64,000 nucleotides of DNA from the sequence record MN850578.1. One strand, given 5' to 3'. Under the pieces are notes generated by a model. The model made no database searches and was not told where the DNA came from. It worked only from the letters and a program-made list of their open reading frames with translations. The translations under genes were made by a program, and so were the position numbers. Origin of the DNA: Escherichia phage nomo. How positions within the stretch are numbered: position 1 is the first letter of the stretch; the number at the start of each line of letters is the position of its first letter. Of the stretch, positions 9,493-18,351 are shown piece by piece.

Positions 9493-9682
9493 GCTTAAAT
9501 CTGCATGGAACATCGCTGTGGGGGACGAGATCCGTATCCCAGGTGGAAAGACCATTATGAAAATATCTCGTATCGAGTACGAAGGTGATCGTGTATTTCA
9601 TATCTTTGCAGAAGATGGTCGAGAAATTTATATACAGGCAGGCTCTCACATCTATATTCGTAAGAAAGGGGAGGACAAATGA
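9485..9682 (+). CDS. hypothetical protein (65 aa)
   Basis: ATG 9485 with RBS ggaaggtg; overlaps neighbours by a few nt. Confidence 0.4.
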   Translation: MFKLKSAWNIAVGDEIRIPGGKTIMKISRIEYEGDRVFHIFAEDGREIYIQAGSHIYIRKKGEDK

Positions 9683-10008
9683 CAGAGATCATCATTTCAA
9701 CTGCAGGGTATGTATTCCTGACAATCATTGCGCTGGCTATTCTGGTGGCGGTGTATGGATTTGTTATCCTTCCTATCCTTGAGACATTTAGTTTGTGTCG
9801 GTGTTGGAGAAAAGCTTACGGTCCACAACCATGGAAGGACTGGCCCCACCTGGTGCGCTTAGCGTTCTCTTATGCTTACGATCACTCCAGTAGTGCATGC
9901 ATAACCGGATACCACGCCAACAACTGGAGCTGGGAAGGGTTGAGGAAATGGAATGTTACAAAGACCATACCTCTGCGCATGTACAAACCTAAAAACAAAG
10001 ACAACTGA
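9679..10008 (+). CDS. hypothetical membrane protein (109 aa, N-terminal TM helix)
   Basis: RBS aaaggggagg; hydrophobic segment VFLTIIALAILVAVYGFVILPIL. Confidence 0.45.
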   Translation: MTEIIISTAGYVFLTIIALAILVAVYGFVILPILETFSLCRCWRKAYGPQPWKDWPHLVRLAFSYAYDHSSSACITGYHANNWSWEGLRKWNVTKTIPLRMYKPKNKDN

Positions 10009-10039
10009 TACTTGAAAATTCCTGGCATATCAAGTATAA

Positions 10040-10500
10040 GGGGGATTTCTAAAATGGATTTCCTCCTTTTGATATTTCACCGGGCTGGATATTTTAAAAT
10101 TCTTAGAAAATCAGAAAATGGATCGAAAACTAAAATGGATTTTTCAGAGTAGGCGCGACAAGCTGAATAACTCATCCTATCGTTTGCACCATATTCCAGG
10201 CCACCATTATAGATTTCCCACACATGCTAACCTCCCTCTACTAGAACTTCCTCCACTTACCCTTGACCTTCTATGGTAACAATCTAACCGCTATCTTGAA
10301 GTTGCGGTGCAGCTTTCCAGGTACTCGATCTACTTTTCATTTCAGGGCTTGGATTTTCTGAAAATTTTTCTCGATAAATTTCTCAGTACTCGATCTGTTT
10401 TTCGTCTTCTGAATCGGATTTTCTGGAAATCGTTCCGGCTCTCAACCTGAAATTTTTGGGGACGAAATCGATTTTTCGTTTTCAGAAATGGATTTTTAAA
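10040..10500. repeat. iteron-like direct repeat region (AAATGGATTT x4; ~50-bp units GTACTCGATCT...GGATTTTCTGRAAAT x2-3)
   Basis: Direct repeats read at 10051, 10117, 10133, 10487 and tandem units 10317-10367 / 10382-10432; no ORF. Confidence 0.6.
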
Positions 10501-10610
10501 ATTTCTATATGGGAATATTTTAGTGGATACTATTTTATAGTAAATTGTTACGGAGGGTAATTAGCGTGCTAATTAAATTTATTAAATGCGAGGAGTTCTC
10601 ATTTAGAATC

Positions 10611-10629
10611 TTGAATGATAATCATTCTC
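10611..10629 (+). promoter_or_regulatory. Fur-box-like operator 1
   Basis: ttgaatgataatcattctc: 15 of 16 core positions match Fur consensus AATGATAATCATTATC. Confidence 0.55.
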
Positions 10630-10642
10630 GTTTGCAGAATAA

Positions 10643-10682
10643 CGGGCAGGCCCGGTGATTGTCTCCCGGCCCCTGTTGCCCC
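10643..10682 (+). repeat. conserved GC-rich element copy 1 (GGCAGGCCYGGTGATTGTCTCCC...CCTGTTGCCC)
   Basis: Near-identical copy in reverse orientation at 20262-20300 and diverged copy at 10787-10810. Confidence 0.5.
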
Positions 10683-10746
10683 GGCTTGTTATTATAGTAT
10701 CACACAGGACAAAGAAAGCAAGGATTTTTTTTTGCATAAATTTTTA

Positions 10747-10765
10747 AATGATAATGATAACCGTT
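10747..10765 (+). promoter_or_regulatory. Fur-box-like operator 2
   Basis: aatgataatgataaccgtt: 11 of 12 match to GATAATGATAAT half of Fur consensus. Confidence 0.5.
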
Positions 10766-11024
10766 CTCATTTTATGCAGCGCTCATCCCTGGTGGTTGTC
10801 TCCCCCGTCACCGGTGCCTGCCGTCCTTTCGATAGGTATATTGTGCCACCTGTCGGGGCCGCTGTCAACACTTTTCAAAAAATTTTTCTAACCTGATGCG
10901 CTAACCGCTGCAACCTGGCGGGGCCAGCCTGGCAGGACCTAACTGACCAGGTGGGAGAGGGTGAAATCTTGCAAACCTGGTAGGCCCATGCTGTAGGGTA
11001 AACAATTGAAGAGGAGGTACAAAA

Positions 11025-11150
11025 ATGAAAGGTAATGCTACTCACCTGGGAAATGTAGTGATTAATGATACAGAAGCGCGGGAACATAAAGAAGAGTACG
11101 AAAAAATGGTGGTTAACCTGGCGGGGGGCGGCAGGTGGATTCTATCATAA
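11025..11150 (+). CDS. hypothetical micro-protein (41 aa)
   Basis: Strong RBS gaggagg 6 nt upstream of ATG; below ORF-track size cutoff. Confidence 0.3.
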   Translation: MKGNATHLGNVVINDTEAREHKEEYEKMVVNLAGGGRWILS

Positions 11151-11247
11151 AAATAATTTAAAATAATCGTTGACAACAAGGTTAATCATGGTATTATTAC
11201 CCTACAAGGTGAACAACACCGCACTAACCAGTAAAGAGGATAAATTT

Positions 11248-11445
11248 ATGAACGCATACGGGATCAAAGTACGTCGCAACACTCGCCAGGTGGTCACCGA
11301 TCAAATGGTTTGCCAGGTGGACGTAACCATCAACAACGGGCAAGGCCTTTATAAATTCCGTCGCGGTCAGAGCTATACCCGGCAACAGCTTAATCGTTGC
11401 GCCCTGACAAAAGGACAGATCAACCACTGGTTTAATAAAAAATAA
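11248..11445 (+). CDS. hypothetical protein (65 aa)
   Basis: Promoter ttgaca at 11171; RBS aagagga upstream of ATG 11248. Confidence 0.45.
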   Translation: MNAYGIKVRRNTRQVVTDQMVCQVDVTINNGQGLYKFRRGQSYTRQQLNRCALTKGQINHWFNKK

Positions 11446-11509
11446 GTATTGACATATAGTCCGACACCAAATACACTAAAAGCACAAAAGACACTAAGAG
11501 GATAAAATC

Positions 11510-11908
11510 ATGAAAACCACTACCTTTAATTTTGATAATGCGGACTTTTCTTTTTCTGATGTCAAGAACTACCGCCGTGATCGTGGATTTTACAAGGCTT
11601 ATAATCTGGTGGGCCTGGACGATGACAATAATTTGCACGAAGTAGCTGAGATCCGGTATTATGCCGCCGCCAGCGGGAACACTCACTACTGCGTGTTTTG
11701 GATTCACGACAACAAGAACAATAAGTACGGTTATACTGGCGGCAAGGCGAGCGGTCACGGTTACGATAAAGCTAACGCAGCACTTGAGAGCGCATTAAAT
11801 GCTATGGGGATCACTGCCGACGGCTGGATCTACGAAGAAGAGTTTTTGTCGGCACTTGCTGACCACCTGGGCTATAAAAAACACATTGTAACATGCGCCC
11901 ACGAATAA
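11510..11908 (+). CDS. hypothetical protein (132 aa)
   Basis: Promoter ttgaca at 11450; RBS taagagga. Confidence 0.5.
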   Translation: MKTTTFNFDNADFSFSDVKNYRRDRGFYKAYNLVGLDDDNNLHEVAEIRYYAAASGNTHYCVFWIHDNKNNKYGYTGGKASGHGYDKANAALESALNAMGITADGWIYEEEFLSALADHLGYKKHIVTCAHE

Positions 11909-11990
11909 AAATCATTGACACGCTGCAAAATTTAAGTAAACTAGACACAAAAGGCGGGAATGTTTCCCGCCAGCACAAAGGAAAAAGATC

Positions 11991-12386
11991 ATGAATAAGA
12001 ACGTACGCCGCATCATGAACGAACTGGCAAACGATGAAAAAATTATTGATATGCATTTGGTCAACATTTGCCGCCGTTGTGTAACATATAACAACCGCGC
12101 CGCAAAAGCGTGTGAGATGAACGCAAAAGGCACCTTAAAGCCCTTTCAGGTGGTTGTAAAATCTATAACTAGCGCAGCAGGCCAGGCGCAGGACCACAAC
12201 AACGAGAGCGCTAATATTGATCCGTCTTACGTAATGAAACGGATCCGGACTTGCAAGAATAAAGAGCAGGTATATAACGTCATAGATTGGCTGGACTCCC
12301 TGGGCGATGTGGTTTACAATAGGTTTTCTGCAGCTATCGAGATCCAGCTTGACAGATTGGACGGGAAAGTACTAAAAACTTATTGA
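11991..12386 (+). CDS. hypothetical protein (131 aa)
   Basis: Promoter ttgaca 11915; 5' stem-loop ggcgggaatgtttcccgcc; RBS aaaggaaaaag. Confidence 0.5.
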   Translation: MNKNVRRIMNELANDEKIIDMHLVNICRRCVTYNNRAAKACEMNAKGTLKPFQVVVKSITSAAGQAQDHNNESANIDPSYVMKRIRTCKNKEQVYNVIDWLDSLGDVVYNRFSAAIEIQLDRLDGKVLKTY

Positions 12387-12387
12387 G

Positions 12388-12434
12388 TTTATTTTTAGAT
12401 GGCCTTGACACCAGGGCCATCAATAAAGTAAACT
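12388..12434 (+). promoter_or_regulatory. repeated ~47-bp promoter/palindrome element, copy 1
   Basis: tttatttttagatggccTTGACAccagggccatcaataaagtaaac; inverted repeat gatggcc/ggccatc flanks -35. Confidence 0.5.
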
Positions 12435-12466
12435 AACCACAGTTGAGCGGAAAAGGAGGCTTAAAG

Positions 12467-12586
12467 ATGAGCACTACACGCCAGCACACAAAGGTAACCA
12501 TCATCGTTTGCATCATTGGGTACATCCTGGCGCAAATGTTGATGGGTAGCGCCAACGGTGTCGCAAAATTTTTCTTAAACTTTTAA
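12467..12586 (+). CDS. small hydrophobic peptide (39 aa, one predicted TM helix)
   Basis: RBS aaaaggagg; translation MSTTRQHTKVTIIVCIIGYILAQMLMGSANGVAKFFLNF. Confidence 0.3.
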   Translation: MSTTRQHTKVTIIVCIIGYILAQMLMGSANGVAKFFLNF

Positions 12587-12665
12587 TTGACAAGCTAACT
12601 TAAATCGATATAATAAGCACATAAACGGGAAAACTTCCCAGAACACACAAAAGGAGAAAAACACC

Positions 12666-13007
12666 ATGACTACTATGACCGCCTCAGAAAAAGCTATGCA
12701 GATCGCTGAACTGAAAAAACAGATCGCAGACCTTGAGAATAAGATCGATAACTTTGAAATCGACGAGGACAAGTACGACGAAAACTATGATGAATGGTTA
12801 GACGAGATCTACGGAGAAATTATGATCGGAAACATTTCTTTTCTTCCGTCGCGTATCCTCAAGGAGCTAGATCCTATCGCTTACCGCTGCGGATTTAGCG
12901 ACTACATCGACAGCCTGGATATTGAGGACGATGAAGAATACCAGGAATTACAGACAGAGTTAGAAGAAGCAAAAGAAGAGCTTGCGGAGCTGGAAGAAAA
13001 CGAGTAA
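12666..13007 (+). CDS. hypothetical acidic protein (113 aa)
   Basis: Promoter ttgaca 12587 with tataat; RBS aaaggag; highly acidic, coiled-coil-like. Confidence 0.5.
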   Translation: MTTMTASEKAMQIAELKKQIADLENKIDNFEIDEDKYDENYDEWLDEIYGEIMIGNISFLPSRILKELDPIAYRCGFSDYIDSLDIEDDEEYQELQTELEEAKEELAELEENE

Positions 13008-13009
13008 GC

Positions 13010-13054
13010 TTATTTTTAGATGGCCTTGACACCAGGGCCATCAATAAAGTAAAC
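13010..13054 (+). promoter_or_regulatory. repeated ~47-bp promoter/palindrome element, copy 2
   Basis: Identical to 12388-12434 over about 45 nt. Confidence 0.5.
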
Positions 13055-13096
13055 TTTATACTGTTAACACTGAACTAATGCATAGGAGTTAAAACC

Positions 13097-13342
13097 ATGG
13101 CAGCACTAATCACCAAATATTATGCCCCTACCAACACCAAAAGCGCCCGTATCATGGTAAAAGGCTTCGGACGTAAAAAGGTGTACACCTGGGATTATGC
13201 CTTAGACACGGAAGACAACTACACCAACGCAATGACCGATTTTATTAATGAACTAAATAAGCAGATCTTGACAAGTTATAAAGTGACTGATATTGCTTAT
13301 ATAGGTGAAGGCGGGATCTGTTTTGTAGGCATTGTGAAATAG
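13097..13342 (+). CDS. hypothetical protein (81 aa)
   Basis: ORF downstream of repeated promoter element; RBS ataggag. Confidence 0.5.
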   Translation: MAALITKYYAPTNTKSARIMVKGFGRKKVYTWDYALDTEDNYTNAMTDFINELNKQILTSYKVTDIAYIGEGGICFVGIVK

Positions 13343-13416
13343 TTATTTTTTCGGTGGTCCTGGCTGCAGGGCCATCTATAAAGATAATTTATCAACACCA
13401 TGAAAGGAGAAAGTAC

Positions 13417-13770
13417 ATGATCAGCGGGGCTAGTTTTATTATTGGCGCTATTGCTACGGCTTTAATTGTAAACAAGATCCAATCTAAAAACGAAAAAGAT
13501 AGCAACGCGCTCACAGAATACCCATTTTGGGTATTCAACGACAACGAAGACTACATAATCAAGTACAAAGATGAGAGAGGCGACCAGGTAACACCGCGAC
13601 CGATCCCAGCTTACAAGATGCAGGAAACACTATACCGCCTAAAGGCCGGAGGCGCAAAGATCGTAGACTTTTGGGGATATGATTGCAAGGATCAGGAGGT
13701 CATAAAACGTCGTATCCGGGCGATTCAGGCAAATATTGAAATTAGTAAAGGGGAAATTTATGAAAATTAA
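13417..13770 (+). CDS. hypothetical membrane-anchored protein (117 aa)
   Basis: RBS aaaggag upstream of ATG 13417; N-terminal hydrophobic helix. Confidence 0.45.
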   Translation: MISGASFIIGAIATALIVNKIQSKNEKDSNALTEYPFWVFNDNEDYIIKYKDERGDQVTPRPIPAYKMQETLYRLKAGGAKIVDFWGYDCKDQEVIKRRIRAIQANIEISKGEIYEN

Positions 13771-13957
13771 TTTCGAAAAAATTGTAAAGCGCCCCCACGA
13801 TTCCGAAGAGCTGCCGGAACGCCGCCAGCGTAACAATAAACTGAATAAACCGAAAAGGTTCGGGAAGATCTGGAGGAATCACTATGATCGCAAATTACCG
13901 GGCCTGCTTTTGGAACGTGAACGACAGGCGGAACGATACCGCCACAAAGGCAAATAA
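13760..13957 (+). CDS. hypothetical basic protein (65 aa)
   Basis: RBS aaagggga; Arg/Lys-rich translation. Confidence 0.35.
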   Translation: MKINFEKIVKRPHDSEELPERRQRNNKLNKPKRFGKIWRNHYDRKLPGLLLERERQAERYRHKGK

Positions 13958-13963
13958 CAACCA

Positions 13964-13994
13964 ACGCCCCGCCATTGTGCGGGGCTTTTTATTT
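13964..13994 (+). terminator. rho-independent terminator
   Basis: Hairpin gccccgccattgtgcggggc followed by tttttattt. Confidence 0.6.
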
Positions 13995-14127
13995 CTATCC
14001 TACGAATAGCGCCCCTGGTTGGCACCACAAACGCCACAAAAGCCCCTACCTATGCAATCCCCTTTCTTAGCCTGAAAACATCACCCAGGACCGTTTTATG
14101 GTGTTAAAAATATCTTTTATTTAAAGC

Positions 14128-14156
14128 TTGACACCTTGGAATCGCCTGGATATACT
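14128..14156 (+). promoter_or_regulatory. sigma70-type promoter (TTGACA-17-TATACT)
   Basis: ttgaca 14128-14133, tatact 14151-14156, upstream of ORF 14192. Confidence 0.55.
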
Positions 14157-14191
14157 AACCACATCAAAGCAAGAAGAAAGGAGTAAACGCC

Positions 14192-14452
14192 ATGCGTAAA
14201 TTAAAAAATTTTGATAAAGTCGATGTTGTCCTGAATAATTTTTACTACTGCAATAATAAGGCCGTTTGGTGGCGTGATAGTTCCACCGATAAAGTTAAAG
14301 CGCGCTTTCTCCAGGGGCACTGGCAAGGCCGCCCAGTGATTAAGATCCGGGGGCAATTGGTAGCGTTTAAAAATTGCCGCCGTGTTGATGACGTTGAAGA
14401 GATTCTAAACATTTTACGCCACAATAATTTAAAAAATAGTGTTGACAAGTAA
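14192..14452 (+). CDS. hypothetical protein (86 aa)
   Basis: RBS aaaggag upstream. Confidence 0.5.
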   Translation: MRKLKNFDKVDVVLNNFYYCNNKAVWWRDSSTDKVKARFLQGHWQGRPVIKIRGQLVAFKNCRRVDDVEEILNILRHNNLKNSVDK

Positions 14453-14526
14453 GCCTCAATAAGTATACTTAAACACACAGGCGGGAAAACTTCCCGCCAC
14501 TAACAAAGAAAATAGGAGAAAATATC

Positions 14527-15150
14527 ATGACCACCGTTAACATTACCGCAGGTTACAATTTATCTTTCGACGTGCTGACCGACGAACAAAAAGAAAAAGC
14601 CGTTGAAATGGTCCGCGAAAGAGAAGAACACAGCGGGGATAACTTTTTTGCAGAAAGTGTAATTGAATACTATAAAGAATATGTTTTTCCAGAGTATGGC
14701 CTTGAAGATACCGAAGTACATTGGTCAGGCTTTTGGTGCCAGGGTGACGGCGCGTCAATCAGTGCTGAAAACGTGGATTTAGAAAAATTTTTGCGTAAAG
14801 TAAAGGCCCTGACCAAGTTCCGATCAATTCGTCACTTGTTCGGCACAATGCACGATGGCGAGTTATCAGCCAGTGTTGAGCGTGATCCATATAGCCGCTA
14901 TAGTCACGAAAACACTGTAAGCGGATACATTGATACCACCTGGCTAGATCTGACCGCCAAACAAGAAAACAAAGTGGAAGACTTGGAAGAGCTGATCACC
15001 GAGACGGTACGGGAGCTATCCCGCAAGGTTTACGTAGACCTGGAGGAGGCCTATCTTGAACAGTTTACTACCGAAAACCTGATCGGCCTTATTGAGGCCA
15101 ATGATTGGCGGTTTGATGTGGATGAATATGGCGAGATGACTTTTTCATAA
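14527..15150 (+). CDS. hypothetical protein (207 aa)
   Basis: Promoter ttgaca 14442; 5' stem-loop ggcgggaaaacttcccgcc; RBS aataggag. Confidence 0.5.
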   Translation: MTTVNITAGYNLSFDVLTDEQKEKAVEMVREREEHSGDNFFAESVIEYYKEYVFPEYGLEDTEVHWSGFWCQGDGASISAENVDLEKFLRKVKALTKFRSIRHLFGTMHDGELSASVERDPYSRYSHENTVSGYIDTTWLDLTAKQENKVEDLEELITETVRELSRKVYVDLEEAYLEQFTTENLIGLIEANDWRFDVDEYGEMTFS

Positions 15151-15239
15151 ATAAAGTGTTGCAATAACCTAAAAACCTGCTATATTAAAACTCAAGGGGG
15201 CAAGACGTTTGCCCCACACAAAACAAAGAGGAAAACATT

Positions 15240-15620
15240 ATGAAAAACACTACCAAGGCTATTGACACCGTTATGTTTAACCTGGTTACATTCCGTGAAG
15301 ATATGAAAGATCTTCCACGTGAAACAGTGTGCGATCACATTGAAAACTATCGCAAACTAATCAAAGAGTTGCCCCTAAAACGTGACCAGTATGCGGCTAA
15401 CGCTATGCTCAACGCCATGATCAAAAAGATGATCCAGTGTGATTTAACCCTGGCCTATGACTATGCGGGTGGTCGTTTTGCAGTATACAATCAGCCCGTG
15501 CCCGGTATGGGCACCACCGAAGAATTGCACGCGCTCAATCTAAAACAAGACGTATGGGATAACATGCCCCGCGTGGTGGTGTGGGCAGAAAGCGGAAAGA
15601 TTTACGGCGATAATTTTTAA
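15240..15620 (+). CDS. hypothetical protein (126 aa)
   Basis: 5' stem-loop ggggcaagacgtttgcccc; RBS aaagagga. Confidence 0.5.
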   Translation: MKNTTKAIDTVMFNLVTFREDMKDLPRETVCDHIENYRKLIKELPLKRDQYAANAMLNAMIKKMIQCDLTLAYDYAGGRFAVYNQPVPGMGTTEELHALNLKQDVWDNMPRVVVWAESGKIYGDNF

Positions 15621-15684
15621 TCAGGTAACAGGCGGCATATTTGCCGCCTTATTGTTAAACAGAACTGCAAAAGAGGTACATAGA

Positions 15685-16056
15685 ATGGAATTTATTATTT
15701 TGGCTGTAGTAGTTGCCTTGTTCAACGCCTGGATCGCTGGCAAGATGGGTAGATCCGCCTTTTTATGGTTTATTATATCTATTTTCCTGGGGGTGGTTGC
15801 AACTATTGTACTTGTTATCCTTGCAATTGTTGACAAGGGGAATAATAGAAAGGGTAAAGTATTTTCAGACCTGTACGACGCTCAAACGTTTGTCAACGCC
15901 TATTATAGTGATCTTCCAGTCTCCCTACGCTGCAGCCTGGCACAACAAGTTTTCGATGAGGCTAAAACCAGAGATCAAGCCCATGAGATATGTTTAACTG
16001 AGGCGGATCGCCTATTTGAGAGGAATAGAAAATATGTGGGCCAACCGTTTAAATAA
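15685..16056 (+). CDS. hypothetical membrane protein (123 aa, two predicted TM helices)
   Basis: RBS aaagagg upstream of ATG 15685; hydrophobic helices. Confidence 0.45.
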   Translation: MEFIILAVVVALFNAWIAGKMGRSAFLWFIISIFLGVVATIVLVILAIVDKGNNRKGKVFSDLYDAQTFVNAYYSDLPVSLRCSLAQQVFDEAKTRDQAHEICLTEADRLFERNRKYVGQPFK

Positions 16057-16541
16057 TGCCACGTTAATTAATCCCTTTAGTGAAGATTTGAAGCCAGCCG
16101 CCTGGCGTGATGGATTCAATAACGAACGCTTTATTTTCAAGCCTGATCTTGAGGAATTTTATAACAATGGATCGAACAACGACAGAGATAATTTTTCTTG
16201 TGGTGTGCGTAGTGATGGTACTCCTGGGGGCCATTGTAAACCACGTCGCTACTAACAGGGGGAAAGGGGGAGACGATGACACCCAAGGATAAGCCCCGCA
16301 CCGATAAGGCGCGCCGTGTTATGGTATGGCTTGAGATCATCGCCCTTGAAATATTGTTAGGGGTAGGGATGTACTTTATCGCTGTAAGTAACTAAGAACG
16401 GCCCCCCGATCATGGGGGCCTATCTTTAAAAAAAAAAAAAATTCTTCCGGGGTGTTGCAATCCGGTCCGGAATGTGGATAATAACAATCAACGGGGAGAC
16501 ACTCCCCACCGCATAGACAAAGTTCCAAAAGGAGAAACAAA

Positions 16542-16742
16542 ATGAGCAACAATATCCGCGTTATTAACTTCAAAAAAGAAGAAAAAATTGCCGTGCTGAT
16601 TGACGGTCAAGAAATCTTTAAAGGTGATTATGAAGATCATCAAACGGCGATTAGTATCACTCGCGTGATTGGTTACCATAATTTTTACCCTCAAGGCGCT
16701 GAGGCAGCAGTAAAACGAATTAAAGAGATTGTAGGCCTGTAA
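16542..16742 (+). CDS. hypothetical protein (66 aa)
   Basis: Promoter ttgcaa-17-taataa; RBS aaaaggag. Confidence 0.5.
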   Translation: MSNNIRVINFKKEEKIAVLIDGQEIFKGDYEDHQTAISITRVIGYHNFYPQGAEAAVKRIKEIVGL

Positions 16743-16743
16743 A

Positions 16744-16790
16744 ATTTATTTTTAGATGGCCTTGACTCCAGGGCCATCAATAAAGTAAAT
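16744..16790 (+). promoter_or_regulatory. repeated ~47-bp promoter/palindrome element, copy 3
   Basis: tttatttttagatggccttgactccagggccatcaataaagtaaat; one mismatch in -35. Confidence 0.5.
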
Positions 16791-16833
16791 TTAAACCCTG
16801 TTAAAATAATCAGTGCAAAAAGGAGTAATGATC

Positions 16834-17133
16834 ATGTTTATCCAGGCTAATAATCTTTATTTCTTTGATGGTCAGATCGTAGACGGCGTGGAGGTGGAAA
16901 TCACCGGGTGCCCTGGCGGTCAGGTTATGACTTTTCGGAATAATGCCTTTGATGATTCTCATATCGTTATGAGAATGGAAGTTAGTAAGCTGGATGACAA
17001 GAAAACACTTATCGACTATTCCGTCAAAGATCATCCAGACTACCACATGATCTATGGTGATTTGTGCATTGTTGACCGTGACAAGGTGGGCGGCATTGTG
17101 ATCGCTATTGTGAACGATGTTTTCTCAAACTAA
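16834..17133 (+). CDS. hypothetical protein (99 aa)
   Basis: RBS aaaaaggag about 8 nt upstream of ATG 16834. Confidence 0.45.
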   Translation: MFIQANNLYFFDGQIVDGVEVEITGCPGGQVMTFRNNAFDDSHIVMRMEVSKLDDKKTLIDYSVKDHPDYHMIYGDLCIVDRDKVGGIVIAIVNDVFSN

Positions 17134-17150
17134 TTTCAGCAGGTGATTTT

Positions 17151-17501
17151 ATGAAAGTAAAACTATATTACCTTAATGAGCTTAACCCCCTTGCCCAGGT
17201 CCGCGCCCTGGCTAATACCTTGATTTGTGAGAAATCTGTATATTGTGTTGAGCTTAACGCCATGCGTGAACGTCTCAAAGGTGGTTACTTTGACATCCAT
17301 GCTGCAATCAACGGCCTGAATATAGAATTTATCCGCTTACGTAACAGCCGCCAGAATCTGGCAAGAATGGAACAAGATCCGGCCCACCTTCGTAAGCTGG
17401 TTATTGAAAATCATCTGATGTTTAATGCCGATGGTGATTATTACCATTTTCACCGTAAACGCTGGTACCGTGGCGGCAATACAGGCAAGAATGCAAAATA
17501 A
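17151..17501 (+). CDS. hypothetical protein (116 aa)
   Basis: ORF with RBS caggtg upstream; hairpins follow the stop. Confidence 0.5.
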   Translation: MKVKLYYLNELNPLAQVRALANTLICEKSVYCVELNAMRERLKGGYFDIHAAINGLNIEFIRLRNSRQNLARMEQDPAHLRKLVIENHLMFNADGDYYHFHRKRWYRGGNTGKNAK

Positions 17502-17702
17502 GGCCCCAGGCAGGGCCTGCAGCGATATAATCACATAAAGGCTATGCGGTTGCATGGCCTTTATTATTTTAGCGTTACAGCGGCCCCAAGGCGCTTAAAA
17601 AATTTTTAAAGAAGTACTTGCATCAAGTCCTACAATATGGATAATAGGACGTGTCAGGGGGGCGGCCCCCAATCATTAACCGGATAGATAGGAGTTAAAA
17701 TC

Positions 17703-17987
17703 ATGGCTATTGTCACCGTTGGCGATGTAGTGGAAATGGAAGCAAAATACTTAAAAGCGGGTATGCATATCCTACGGAATGATCAAGAATTGTTATTAAC
17801 GATGGTAGACTATAATCCCGGCCAGGATTATCCAAGCATCGACTACTTTTTTGAGTATGTTGATGAAGAATTGAAAGAGGATGAGGCTTATCAGGGTGAA
17901 TTCTGCAATTTCTTTTGCCCTGATGAGGTTGTAAAAGTTATCTATCAACCTGGAGTACCTTTCCCGCTGCACGCTATCAATAAATAA
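17703..17987 (+). CDS. hypothetical protein (94 aa)
   Basis: Promoter ttgcat 17615; 5' hairpin gggggcggccccc; RBS taggagt. Confidence 0.5.
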   Translation: MAIVTVGDVVEMEAKYLKAGMHILRNDQELLLTMVDYNPGQDYPSIDYFFEYVDEELKEDEAYQGEFCNFFCPDEVVKVIYQPGVPFPLHAINK

Positions 17988-18041
17988 ACCTGGCGGGGCC
18001 GAAAAGGCCCCAATTATGAAAATAAAGAGAGGTAAATCATC

Positions 18042-18275
18042 ATGATGGAACAAATTAAACGCGCTGAGGCTATTAATGGCAATGTGATCTATTTTGTCAG
18101 CAAAAACGAAAAAGGCGTACCATATGCGGCGGTAATAGTACAACCTGACGGCGATTATTGGTTTACTGTATACGGATCTTATTCTTTCGGGCGTCCGGTT
18201 CATGATAGAATTTTGAAAGTAGCAAATCCGACCGGGAAAAATATCACAGCAGAAAAATTTTTTGAAAATAGTTGA
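18042..18275 (+). CDS. hypothetical protein (77 aa)
   Basis: 5' hairpin ggggccgaaaaggcccc; RBS agagagg. Confidence 0.5.
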   Translation: MMEQIKRAEAINGNVIYFVSKNEKGVPYAAVIVQPDGDYWFTVYGSYSFGRPVHDRILKVANPTGKNITAEKFFENS

Positions 18276-18351
18276 CATGACCATATAAGACTGTAATATA
18301 TAAATCAAAGGGGGGCAACAAGCCCCACCAACCACAAAGAGGATAAAAATC

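Noticed and set aside
10040-10500. CRISPR array
   Set aside because: The repeats are irregular in length and spacing, not identical and not palindromic in CRISPR fashion; no cas genes are present.
10615-10896. 93-aa + strand ORF spanning the Fur boxes and GC-rich repeats
   Set aside because: It runs across two Fur-box-like operators and a T9 run, has no RBS, and its only conserved segment (TGRPGDCLP) arises from the repeated DNA element that also occurs in reverse orientation at 20262-20300. It is more likely non-coding.
16427-16440. A14 homopolymer tract
   Set aside because: It is intergenic, after a hairpin, so phase-variable frameshifting of a gene is unlikely; it may simply be part of a terminator or an AT-rich spacer.
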